Part shown: positions 1 through 9,642 of the stretch, one piece after another
How positions within the stretch are numbered: the first letter of the stretch is position 1
Layout of the letters: each line of letters starts with the position of its first letter
Assembly (NCBI GenBank): GCA_963666985.2
Contig: CAXXIA010000002.1
Span: forward strand, 1,632,001-1,696,000
DNA: 64,000 bases
Direction of reading: 5' to 3'
Origin: Spirochaetia bacterium
GTDB taxonomy: Bacteria; Spirochaetota; Spirochaetia; DSM-2461
The notes under the pieces: generated by a model
Databases searched by the model: none
Seen by the model: the letters and a program-made list of their open reading frames with translations, nothing else
What the model was told of the DNA's origin: nothing
Translations under genes and position numbers: made by a program

Positions 1-389
1 TTCGCAACCCAATGATCCGGATAGGTATACACATTTAACTCGAAGTAGTGTCGATAATGACCGAGGATACCCCGACATTTTTCGCAAAAAACGCGGGCTC
101 CCTCGTTGTCGGTATCCGGCAGAAGAATGGAAATATTCCCCTGTTTATCCCATGCAACTCGATCTACGGATCTGATGGAATGGAAAATTGCGATAAGGAG
201 TTCATTAAAAATGACCTCTTCTTTGAGTATAAAATCTAAAACAACCATAGAAAACGGATTCCCGAATCGATTTGACCTAACCCGTTCGTGATTGACGAGG
301 ACTCGAAACTCTTCAGGTGAAAGAATAATCCCCGTTTCCGGGAACTGAAGACCATGCGCGGCCGATTTTTTTATCTTTGAGGCTATCAT
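1..389 (-). CDS. Partial CDS running off the left edge: degenerate GGDEF-like domain, possibly the N-terminus of a second sugar transferase
   Basis: Not in the ORF track. Manual translation from ATG at 389 is open to base 1: MIASKIKKSAAHGLQFPETGIILSPEEFRVLVNHERVRSNRFGNPFSMVVLDF...IRSVDRVAWDKQGNISILLPDTDNEGARVF...YTYPDHWVA. It aligns by eye with the N-terminus of 9643..10818 and with 11043..11525. Confidence 0.75.
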   Translation of the reverse strand, partial: MIASKIKKSAAHGLQFPETGIILSPEEFRVLVNHERVRSNRFGNPFSMVVLDFILKEEVIFNELLIAIFHSIRSVDRVAWDKQGNISILLPDTDNEGARVFCEKCRGILGHYRHYFELNVYTYPDHWVA

Positions 390-517
390 TCTTTTTAACC
401 TTGTTTGGGAAGTCCTCTAATTAACCGATATCAATACTCAAGCCCAATAAGGCTCTCAGAAAATTACGATATTGAAAATATCGCACTATGGACCAACTAT
501 CAGACACTTGATGGAAA

Positions 518-1558
518 TTAATGCTGCTTTTCTTCTATTTCGCTCAGGATCCCTTTCGACGGCTTCCTGCGGATCAGCGCCCGCCGGGCCTTTACCCAAA
601 ATTCACAGATATAAACAATAATCATTATTTGGACTATTGAGATTAAAAAGGAAGAGAAGACATCATTGGAAAAGCCGCCGAAAACAAAAGCTAGAGATTT
701 TTTAATCAACCCGCCGATTATTGTATGAAAGGCTAGAAGCGGGATTGCATAGCGATTGATCAGCCTTGTTAAGCTGGTCGGTTTAAGGCTTCTGGAGGCA
801 ATGATTACAGTATAAATACCGAAAAGCGACGCAGGAATAAGGATCATGACTTTTCCCGCTTCATGATAATATAAATCTAATCGGCCGTTTGAAAACGCAA
901 GAAATATTGATATGAGAAAGAATGGAATCAATAAATGTTCCTCAATTTTCAACAATCCGGGCGATTCTTTTGAATTGTAGATCGCACCTAAGTGAAAATA
1001 AAACAGCCCGATAAAGGCAATATCGATACTCCACGGTAATGCGAATTTGAATTTAAAAAGATATATCCCAAAAATGGTCAGCAACAAAAAAACAATTGTA
1101 TTTATCAGCGCTCCAAGTTGAAGCTTTTCGAATAACCAATAGAATTCATTCATTAGAAAAAGACAGGGTAAAAACCACATAGGTATTCCCCATTCCATAT
1201 ATTTCGGGCCACCCTGAGCGTAAAATATACCTATTACGTTTTTTATTACCCTCTCACAACTTGTAATCCCTCCCGACAGCCATCCCAAAGAAAGCCATTT
1301 AAGAAATAAAATTGCAGCGAATATAAAATAGGGAAGAACAAGTCGGTGAATCTTCTTCCGTGTAAAAGTCGCAAATGATGATTCTCTTTTGCAGTTAAAA
1401 ACAACACCGCTAATAAAAAAGAACAAGGGAATATGAAAAGAATATACATAGTGAAAAACCGGATTCTGAATGTGATGGCCCCAAATCACGCAAAAAATGC
1501 CGATTGCGCGCGCAGTATCAATGTATTGCAGTCTATCCTGCTGAGTTATTTGATTCAT
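518..1558 (-). CDS. Acyltransferase-3 family membrane O-acyltransferase
   Basis: RLQYIDTARAIGIFCVIWGH, YSFHIPLFFFISG and WFLPCLF motifs; many transmembrane segments; starts 14 nt after the NRPS-PKS stop. Confidence 0.85.
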   Translation of the reverse strand: MNQITQQDRLQYIDTARAIGIFCVIWGHHIQNPVFHYVYSFHIPLFFFISGVVFNCKRESSFATFTRKKIHRLVLPYFIFAAILFLKWLSLGWLSGGITSCERVIKNVIGIFYAQGGPKYMEWGIPMWFLPCLFLMNEFYWLFEKLQLGALINTIVFLLLTIFGIYLFKFKFALPWSIDIAFIGLFYFHLGAIYNSKESPGLLKIEEHLLIPFFLISIFLAFSNGRLDLYYHEAGKVMILIPASLFGIYTVIIASRSLKPTSLTRLINRYAIPLLAFHTIIGGLIKKSLAFVFGGFSNDVFSSFLISIVQIMIIVYICEFWVKARRALIRRKPSKGILSEIEEKQH

Positions 1559-1572
1559 TGTTGCTGTGTTTC

Positions 1573-4500
1573 CTAAATTGCGTTGTTTTCTAAAGCCTGT
1601 TTTATTTTATTAGCCGTCTCTTCGGCATAAGGCGCTTTCAGGATTTCCAAATGTGTCCCCGGTGTATTTTCAATAAACAAGTTATCTCCGAAATACTCAG
1701 CCCAGCCATACTTGGGATCAAAATAGAATCCGGGCTTATTCTGCTCTCCAATTGCTTTTATTAGCAATGTTTTTCCTTGATACTTATATTTGTGAGAAAT
1801 ATTATTTTTTTCGAATTGTTTGGTGGCAACTTGGTAAACTCGAATTCTTTGCAGAAGATTCATATCATTCTCTGTTTGTGTATTATGCTTCAGACTATCG
1901 ATTTTTTCCTTGATGGCTTTTAGGGTGGCAGGAACTCCCCTCTTAAAACTTTTTTTAATTTGATTCATCAATTTCTCAATTGGCTTTCGCTTGATTGCCG
2001 AAAGAAGTAATGTGTCAAGTATAATCAGTAATTCCACCTCTTGTCCGGCTTCCTTAAGTTTCTTTGCCACATCATATGCCACAACCCCGCCGAAAGATAA
2101 ACCGATGATGGAAACAGGTCTTCCCTGACTATGCTGTCGGATAATATTACAATAATCGGAAGCAAATGCTTCAATATTCCATTCGTCCTGACCTTGATCC
2201 CCAATAAGCAGATTTACTTCCCTGGGATGGTATGTAGCATAGCATTTTGCAATATCGGCCAAATGAACCGCTAATTCATGGTACATCTGAACACCAATGA
2301 CAAAATAGAAAAGCCGATCTGCAGAAGATTTATTGATTTCGATAACATTCTTTAATTCATATTCCGGTTGAGAATGAAGAAGCTCATAATTTTCCGCGTT
2401 TCTGGATAAACTTCCCAACAATCCTCTTAAGATATGATTACAATCTATAAAATTCGTTTGCAGAACATCGCCCTGCTCCGCTTCGGAGTTAATGTAACTG
2501 AGTAATTTCAAGGTTCCATTATCTTCACGGACATCCAGGTACAGTGGATTTTTCTCCCAAATTCGCGGGTTGAATGAATATTCAAACTCAAGCCCCGGAA
2601 AGTCCAAGTCACCTTCTTTATAGGCGGCACTATTATTAATGACAAAATCAGCTTGCGGTATTCTATCCCCTAATTCCACTCGTAAACTTTCTATATCAAC
2701 CAAATGATCATAAGCATTTAAAAAAGCCGTTTGTGTTGCCTTCACAATATCTAGAAAACTACTTTTAGTTGTAAGGTCCAAATTCAACAAAACAAGATTG
2801 GCACAGTTCCCGATCAAGTCGTGTTTGTTAACCCATAACTGACCGGCGATTGGAACTCCAATGGTAATGTTTGATCGTCCGAATGTATCTCTCAAAATGG
2901 AGTACATCATCGATACCATCAAAATAAACACGCTGTAGTTTGTTGTTGCGCTTACGTTCTTTAACTGACGGTACACATCACCGTCTATTGAAAACTCTCT
3001 ATACCTTGTCTTAATTGTTGAGCAGGAACCTATCTTAATAATTGGCTGCACGGTTTTTGCTCTGAATTGATCAAAACGCTCATTCCAATAATTTATTATG
3101 CCTTGATAAGTTTCTTCTTCTTTTCGACTTTTCAAGAAATGTACATAATCATGGAAATCGAATACCGTAGTTTGGGACTTGGATTCGACCCCGAGGGTAT
3201 ACGCCTCGGACAATTTTTTTAAAATAATATCGAAGGACCATCCGTCACATATGGATCTGTGATACAGAAGAAGTACGATCCATTCATCTCTTGTTTTTCG
3301 TAGGATATGAACTCTGATCAACGGACCGTCGGTAAGATTGAAGGGCGATTGGTGTTCATGTAAAAGAAGATCGTTATAGAACGCATCCTGTGTTTTTTCG
3401 GGAGATTCCCTCAGATCATGAAATTCATATAACGGAAAGAAATTTTTGCGAACGCGAAATCCTGTTCCCTCTTGTGTATAGACCGCATGCAATATTTCAT
3501 TATTGCTGATTACCTTGTTGAAAGAATCGGTAAATCGATCCTTGTCAAAATCACCTTTGAAAAACAATCTAACCGAATCGATATATAAGCAGGAACGTGT
3601 TTCGTCTTTGCATTCTTGCCATATCGATATTTGGGCGTCGGTGGCCGGAATTTCATAATTCCCGAGATTTTTTCTTTCAAGTATTTCATTCTCTGAAATA
3701 GATACTTCGACATTTCGTGAAGGATTTAAATTCTTCTTGTGAGTATCGATATATTCAAAAAGAAGCCTGATATTGGGGTATTCTTGGAGTAACTGGCCAA
3801 AGGTTACGTTAACCTTAAATTCTTTACTAACCCGATATGCAATCTGAGTTAATAAAAGAGAATCCATCCCCATTTCCATAAAGGTAGATTCTTCATCGAA
3901 GTCATCAAGGGAAAACCCGGAGGTCTCTTCAAAAAGAGAAACGAGTTTCTCAACGCTTCCGGAGGTCTTATCCTCCGTCAATTCCTCGGACGCTCCCGTT
4001 GAGAATCCGTTTTCACGCTCCCCGTCGTTATCACCTGTTTCCATCACCTTAATAACAACAGGATCAACCCAATAACTTTTCCGATCAAACTGATATGTGG
4101 GAATAGGAATCTTCCTTCTTATTTCATTCTGGTAGAACGATTCCCAATCTATGGAATATCCGTAAAGCCAGAGCTGGCCAACGGCTCTTAAGACCGCCGT
4201 ATATTCGGCATTATTCTCCGCTTTAGAATCCATGGAAGAAATAATTCCCCGCGCTTTATTCGGTTGAAGATGCTGTCGGGTAAGTGTCGCAAGTGTATTC
4301 CGTGGGCCAACTTCCAAGAAAACAGCATTCTCTCTTTCGGAAAGGTATTGAATTGCATTGGAAAAAAGCACCGGGTTTTTAACGTGATTACCCCAATAAG
4401 ACGGTTCCGTTAATTCTTCTGAAACCGCTCTGCCCAGAACCGTAGAGACAATAGGAATCTGAGGCGTCCGTAAAGAAACCTTGGCCACCTCTTCCGTAAA

Positions 4501-7500
4501 AACAGGAACAACCGGTTCCATCATCTCCGAATGAAAAGCATGAGAGGTATGAAGAAGACTGTGCGGAATCTCTTCTTTCTCCAGAGTCACGATAACTCCG
4601 TTTATGGCCTCATCCGGTCCCGATAAAACACAGAGATTTGGACTATTAACCGCCGCAAGCTGAATGGATTCGGATAAATACTTCTCCACCTCTGCAACCG
4701 GCGCCTTCACGGAAAGCATACATCCGCCGGGCATCTCTTTGACTAATCGACCTCGGGCGGCTACAAGAGTCAGAGCTTCTTCTAAGGTAAATACACCGGA
4801 AAGACAGGCACATACAAACTCACCAATGCTGTGCCCAACCAGAATTGACGGCTTTATTCCCCAAGACATCAGGAGCATGGATAAAGCATACTCAATCACA
4901 AAAATAGCAGGCTGAGTAAAAAATGTATCCTTTAATGCTTCATAAGAGGCTTTTTCATCTTGTGAATCAGGATAAACAACCGTCCGAAGATCTCGACCAA
5001 GAAGATTCTCCAGAAAATCACAGCACTGATCGACAGCTTGTTTGAAGATAGGCTCTCCCGCATAAAGCTGTTTTCCCATATTGATGTATTGCGATCCCTG
5101 TCCGGGAAACATAAAGACGATTTCAGGCTCTTTCTCCAAACACGTTCGCGATCCTGTTGTTAACGGCGACCTCTTGCCGAATGCCTCCTGAGGATTTACA
5201 TCATCAGGAACAACAAGAAATCTCCTTTCGGAAAAACCTCTCCGCCCCGTCTGAAGAGTATAGGCCGCATCGGCTTTGACATTGGCTTTTTCAGCCGATA
5301 AAAAATGCCCCATCTTGGCTGTTACTTCCTCTAAGCTTGAAGAAGTTTTCGCAGACAGAAGAAACAATTGAACGGGCCGGGAAGGGCCTGATTCGTTATA
5401 GACTGGAGCTTCCTTTACAACAGCATGAACGTTTGTTCCGCCGAAACCGAAACTTGAAACGGCCGCAATTCTTTTTTTCCCGCCTCTTTTCCAAGCAGTC
5501 CTTTTATTAACAACCCAAAACGGACTGCTTGGAAAATCAATTTGCGGATTCTGAGATTTATAATTAAGCGTTGCGGGGATCTCCTCATGATAAAGACAGA
5601 GCGCCGCCTTGATTAAACCGGTAACTCCAGATGCAATCGTTGGGTGACCGATATTTCCCTTTATGGATCCAATTCCGCAAAATTGTGTCTTGTCCGTTTG
5701 CTTCCTGAATGCTTTAGTCAATGCTTCGATTTCTATGGGATCACCTATCGGCGTAGCCGTCCCATGAGCTTCAATGTAGCCGATATCTTCACTCACTACA
5801 TTTGCTTCGGCTTGAGCCCTTTCTATCACATCGGATTGTCCGGAAACACTCGGAGCAAGAAAACTGATCTTTTGTGATCCGTCGTTGTTTTTCGCGGATC
5901 CGATAATCGTGGCGTAAATCGTATCATTATCTTCCAAGGCTTCTTCCAGCCTTTTCAGCACAACAACACCAACACCATCGCAAAACATCGTTCCGGATGC
6001 CTCGGCGTCAAAGGGGCGGCAATGACCGTCTTTGGAAAAGGTTCCGCTCGGTTGATACAGGAATCCCCTTCTTTGAGGAATCCCTATATCGGAACCTCCG
6101 GCTATGGCGATATCACATTCATAATCCCTTAATGCCCGAAAGGCCAAATCCACAGCAAGAAGACTCGTTGAACAGCCAGTGTTTACGCTTACACCCGGTC
6201 CGGTTAAGTCAAGGGCATAGCACGTTCTTGTAGCGATATAATCCTTTTGGTTCCCATACTCAACGGTAAGATTGCCTACGGTATCAAGTAAATCTTTATG
6301 TCCGATTAAATTGACTGAGTAGTAGTGATTATCTCCGACTCCCGCGAAAGCGCCTATCGTGCCCGGATACGACTCCGAATCATAGCCGGCATGTTCCAGC
6401 GCCTTCCATGCCTCTTCAAGAAAAACCCGCTGCTGGGGGTCCATTACTTTTGCTTCCAGAGGAGAAACCCCAAAGAAAGAGGCATCAAAAAGATCTGCGT
6501 TATTTACGATACCTCTTGCAAGAATGTAATTCGGATTGTCCAGGAGATCTTCGTCGATACCCGGGCTCAATTGATCACGGGTAAAACGCGTAATTGACTC
6601 AACCTCGTTTATAATATTTTGCCAAAGTTCATCAATTGAATCGGCTCCCGGAAAACGGCCGGACATACCGATAATTGCGATTCCTTCGATATTATTGTGA
6701 TGCTTTTTGGAATAAAGATGTTTCTTTAACGACGAATTCCTTGCATTGCCGTCAAGCAGATCGGCAAATTGAGCTATCGTCGGATATTGAAATATTCTGA
6801 GGACCTGATAATCGGTACCAAAAGTGTCGTTTATTCTCGAAATCAGCTGGATTGCCAGAAGAGAAGATCCCCCAACTTCGAAAAAGCTGTCGTCAATTCC
6901 AATTCGGTCAAGATCAAGCTGTTCCTGCCAGAGACCTACGAGCTTTTTCTCCGTTTCACTCCTCGGGTTAATATAGGGAGTGGAAATATCCGGACGTGTT
7001 TGAACGGGTTTCGGTAATAATTTTCTATCCAGTTTACCATTGGAACTAAGCGGAAATTCATCTATACGTACATAGTGGCTCGGCACCATATACTCTGGGA
7101 GTTTCTGCCTGAGATGATCTTTGTATATTGAGATTGGGACGGATTTTTCCGTATTGGTTTTAACATATCCAACAAGACGTTTGAAACCCGGAACATCTTC
7201 CCTTAAAATCACAACCGCCTGATCCACAATCTCAAGTTCTTCAAGGCAAGATTCAATTTCTTCCAGTTCTACACGGAAGCCGCTGATTTTTACTTGTGAA
7301 TCAATCCTGCCCAGATATTCCACCGCACCATCGTCCCTGATCTGAGCCAAATCTCCCGTTTTATAGAATCTTATACAGCACCCTTGTGCATCCGCTTGCG
7401 TTATGAATTTTTCCGCCGTCAGTTCGGGCTTATTGATATATCCTCTCGCAACACCTATACCTGAAATATACAGCTCACCGCTTTCCCCTCTCTTAACCTC

Positions 7501-8529
7501 ATTACCGTTTTCGTCATGAATCGTAATATTGATATTGGAAATCGGAAAACCAATGGGCACACGGGAAAGATTTTTATCAGGACGACAATGCCAGCTGGTT
7601 ACATCAACGGCAGCTTCGGTAGGACCATATAGATTGTATAAATCGCCCTTACATAAATCAAAAAATCGATTATGAACGGCAACGTCCAAAGCCTCCCCGC
7701 TACAAATGACAAACCGAAGGGAATCGGAACGCTCCATTCTTTGTGATTCAAGAAATATCCGAAGCATAGAGGGAACGAAATGAACTATTGTTACGTTCTC
7801 CTCATCGATTAAATTAAGCAGATATTCAGGATCTTTATGTCCCTCGGGACGGGCAATTACCAATCGGGCGCCGATCATAAGCGGCCAAAAGAACTCCCAT
7901 ACGGATACATCAAATGAATACGGAGTTTTTTGAAGAACCGTATCCTCTTGTGTCATCTGAAATTCAGACTGCATCCACAGCAATCGGTTAACAATGCCGT
8001 CGTGCTGGTTCATAACGCCTTTAGGCATTCCCGTTGAACCGGAGGTATAAATTAAATACGCCAAATTTTCAGGAGTAACGGAGACTTCCGGATTTTCAAT
8101 GGCCGCCTCAGTCGGATCTAAATATTCACCAATACTGATAAAACGTATGGAAGATGTTATTTTCTCTTTAAATTTTATTTGCCCCAAGACAAGCAAAGCA
8201 CAGCTTTCTTCCAGCATATAATGAATTCGTTTTTCAGGCAGTGACGGATCTATCGGCAAATAAGCACCGCCTGCTTTGAGAATAGCAAGAAGAGCTATGA
8301 CCATCTCAAAAGATCTTTCCGCACAGACTCCGACGATTATATCTGCTTGCACACCAGCACGAATTAAATCTCGGGCGAGTATATTGGCTCTGAGATTCAT
8401 TTCAAAATAACTGAGAGATTGCTTTTCAAATTTCAGGGCTATTTGGCTGGGAAATCTGCTCGCCTGCTCTTCAATATAATGATGTAAACACTTTTCCCGA
8501 ATAAATTTATCATTCCCCGTGGCCGACAT
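1573..8529 (-). CDS. Hybrid NRPS-type I PKS, A-PCP-KS-AT-ACP-C*-TE (2318 aa)
   Basis: A: YTSGSTGMPKG, FDVSVWEF, SGEAL, NLYGPTE, YKTGD, NGKLDR. PCP: FFEVGGSSL. KS: NTGCSTS, EAHGT, NIGH. AT: FPGQGSQY, GHSIG, HAFHS. ACP: GMDSL. C-like: HRSICDG. TE: GLSFG and PGTHLEIL. Confidence 0.95.
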   Translation of the reverse strand: MSATGNDKFIREKCLHHYIEEQASRFPSQIALKFEKQSLSYFEMNLRANILARDLIRAGVQADIIVGVCAERSFEMVIALLAILKAGGAYLPIDPSLPEKRIHYMLEESCALLVLGQIKFKEKITSSIRFISIGEYLDPTEAAIENPEVSVTPENLAYLIYTSGSTGMPKGVMNQHDGIVNRLLWMQSEFQMTQEDTVLQKTPYSFDVSVWEFFWPLMIGARLVIARPEGHKDPEYLLNLIDEENVTIVHFVPSMLRIFLESQRMERSDSLRFVICSGEALDVAVHNRFFDLCKGDLYNLYGPTEAAVDVTSWHCRPDKNLSRVPIGFPISNINITIHDENGNEVKRGESGELYISGIGVARGYINKPELTAEKFITQADAQGCCIRFYKTGDLAQIRDDGAVEYLGRIDSQVKISGFRVELEEIESCLEELEIVDQAVVILREDVPGFKRLVGYVKTNTEKSVPISIYKDHLRQKLPEYMVPSHYVRIDEFPLSSNGKLDRKLLPKPVQTRPDISTPYINPRSETEKKLVGLWQEQLDLDRIGIDDSFFEVGGSSLLAIQLISRINDTFGTDYQVLRIFQYPTIAQFADLLDGNARNSSLKKHLYSKKHHNNIEGIAIIGMSGRFPGADSIDELWQNIINEVESITRFTRDQLSPGIDEDLLDNPNYILARGIVNNADLFDASFFGVSPLEAKVMDPQQRVFLEEAWKALEHAGYDSESYPGTIGAFAGVGDNHYYSVNLIGHKDLLDTVGNLTVEYGNQKDYIATRTCYALDLTGPGVSVNTGCSTSLLAVDLAFRALRDYECDIAIAGGSDIGIPQRRGFLYQPSGTFSKDGHCRPFDAEASGTMFCDGVGVVVLKRLEEALEDNDTIYATIIGSAKNNDGSQKISFLAPSVSGQSDVIERAQAEANVVSEDIGYIEAHGTATPIGDPIEIEALTKAFRKQTDKTQFCGIGSIKGNIGHPTIASGVTGLIKAALCLYHEEIPATLNYKSQNPQIDFPSSPFWVVNKRTAWKRGGKKRIAAVSSFGFGGTNVHAVVKEAPVYNESGPSRPVQLFLLSAKTSSSLEEVTAKMGHFLSAEKANVKADAAYTLQTGRRGFSERRFLVVPDDVNPQEAFGKRSPLTTGSRTCLEKEPEIVFMFPGQGSQYINMGKQLYAGEPIFKQAVDQCCDFLENLLGRDLRTVVYPDSQDEKASYEALKDTFFTQPAIFVIEYALSMLLMSWGIKPSILVGHSIGEFVCACLSGVFTLEEALTLVAARGRLVKEMPGGCMLSVKAPVAEVEKYLSESIQLAAVNSPNLCVLSGPDEAINGVIVTLEKEEIPHSLLHTSHAFHSEMMEPVVPVFTEEVAKVSLRTPQIPIVSTVLGRAVSEELTEPSYWGNHVKNPVLFSNAIQYLSERENAVFLEVGPRNTLATLTRQHLQPNKARGIISSMDSKAENNAEYTAVLRAVGQLWLYGYSIDWESFYQNEIRRKIPIPTYQFDRKSYWVDPVVIKVMETGDNDGERENGFSTGASEELTEDKTSGSVEKLVSLFEETSGFSLDDFDEESTFMEMGMDSLLLTQIAYRVSKEFKVNVTFGQLLQEYPNIRLLFEYIDTHKKNLNPSRNVEVSISENEILERKNLGNYEIPATDAQISIWQECKDETRSCLYIDSVRLFFKGDFDKDRFTDSFNKVISNNEILHAVYTQEGTGFRVRKNFFPLYEFHDLRESPEKTQDAFYNDLLLHEHQSPFNLTDGPLIRVHILRKTRDEWIVLLLYHRSICDGWSFDIILKKLSEAYTLGVESKSQTTVFDFHDYVHFLKSRKEEETYQGIINYWNERFDQFRAKTVQPIIKIGSCSTIKTRYREFSIDGDVYRQLKNVSATTNYSVFILMVSMMYSILRDTFGRSNITIGVPIAGQLWVNKHDLIGNCANLVLLNLDLTTKSSFLDIVKATQTAFLNAYDHLVDIESLRVELGDRIPQADFVINNSAAYKEGDLDFPGLEFEYSFNPRIWEKNPLYLDVREDNGTLKLLSYINSEAEQGDVLQTNFIDCNHILRGLLGSLSRNAENYELLHSQPEYELKNVIEINKSSADRLFYFVIGVQMYHELAVHLADIAKCYATYHPREVNLLIGDQGQDEWNIEAFASDYCNIIRQHSQGRPVSIIGLSFGGVVAYDVAKKLKEAGQEVELLIILDTLLLSAIKRKPIEKLMNQIKKSFKRGVPATLKAIKEKIDSLKHNTQTENDMNLLQRIRVYQVATKQFEKNNISHKYKYQGKTLLIKAIGEQNKPGFYFDPKYGWAEYFGDNLFIENTPGTHLEILKAPYAEETANKIKQALENNAI

Positions 8530-8543
8530 AAAAAGACCTCTTG

Positions 8544-9476
8544 TTAACTAAAAACATCACTTTGTAAAAATTTGATTATGCTGTCTTGGTCCATCACACC
8601 ATGCCCGCCGCGAAGTTTCAACCACCTTACCCGATAGCCTAGACTTACAGCCTTTTCCGCCATTAATTTATTTCCCGAATAGAGCCCTAAAGCATCCTGT
8701 TTCCCACAGGAAATATAAACGCTGTTTTCTTTCGGCGCGGTTCTCATCGTTTGGAAAATGTTATACCGATTCCAGTCGTCTTCAGTCGTTAAATAGCGTT
8801 TTTGAATGGATAAAACCGATTGGGCGCCATCCGTCCAGAGTTCTTTACGCAACACAATGTTTTTTATTTTTTCTCTTATCGTATTTCCGCCGTTCCTTTT
8901 CAGAAATCCATTAATTTCTTCATCTGTTGCGGTAAATGGAATGGGATAAATTCCTGCGGAAATCAAGATGGCGGAATTAAAGAAATCTGGATGATTGAAA
9001 AAGAGATACGAAGCACTCGTCCCGCCCATTGAAAAGCCCATTATAATTCTTTGATGATTCTTCCACCCCAGTTTTGACTCTATTTCCGGAATAACATCTT
9101 GAATTAAACGCTGTCCATAATCATTCTGCGGATCCGTAGGATTGGGTATGCACATAGTTTCCGGACCCGCCGAAAGCGATACAACCGCAATATTTTTACT
9201 TGTTGTTTTAAAATATTGATCATAATAACCCATCTCGGAATACCATGAGTCTTCGTTTCCGCCCTGGCCGTGCAGGTAATAGAAAACAAATTCCGGAGGA
9301 GTATGCTCCTCATTACCATAAAGCAAAACAACAGCACGAAAAGAATGTAATTCCATTCGTTCCATCTCAACTCGTTCTCCGCTCGTATTTTCGAAAAAAG
9401 CCTCCGCCTTTTGCCTTGGGATACAACCCGTGATGAACAATATCAACAGTAAAAAGGGAAGACTTCCTTTCTTCAT
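8544..9476 (-). CDS. Putative lipoprotein alpha/beta-hydrolase (esterase family)
   Basis: YYLHGQGG, nucleophile elbow GFSMGG, CGKQD and GGHG motifs; lipobox-like LFITGC; GGAGAGG RBS ahead of ATG 9476; ends 14 nt before the NRPS-PKS start. Confidence 0.8.
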   Translation of the reverse strand: MKKGSLPFLLLILFITGCIPRQKAEAFFENTSGERVEMERMELHSFRAVVLLYGNEEHTPPEFVFYYLHGQGGNEDSWYSEMGYYDQYFKTTSKNIAVVSLSAGPETMCIPNPTDPQNDYGQRLIQDVIPEIESKLGWKNHQRIIMGFSMGGTSASYLFFNHPDFFNSAILISAGIYPIPFTATDEEINGFLKRNGGNTIREKIKNIVLRKELWTDGAQSVLSIQKRYLTTEDDWNRYNIFQTMRTAPKENSVYISCGKQDALGLYSGNKLMAEKAVSLGYRVRWLKLRGGHGVMDQDSIIKFLQSDVFS

Positions 9477-9642
9477 ATTACCTCTCCGCAAAATCAACAA
9501 GACCCAATCAAAGCCAAATCGTAACGTTTCCTCTAATTTTGACCGCTGACTGTTTACGGCCTTGCAGCATCGCCGACTGTCTTTAACTCTATCACAAATC
9601 TCCGGCGCATCACCAGCAACAGACTATAATTACAAGAGGTTG

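Noticed and set aside
48..291. Two short plus-strand ORFs
   Set aside because: They are antisense to the better-supported minus-strand partial CDS 1..389.
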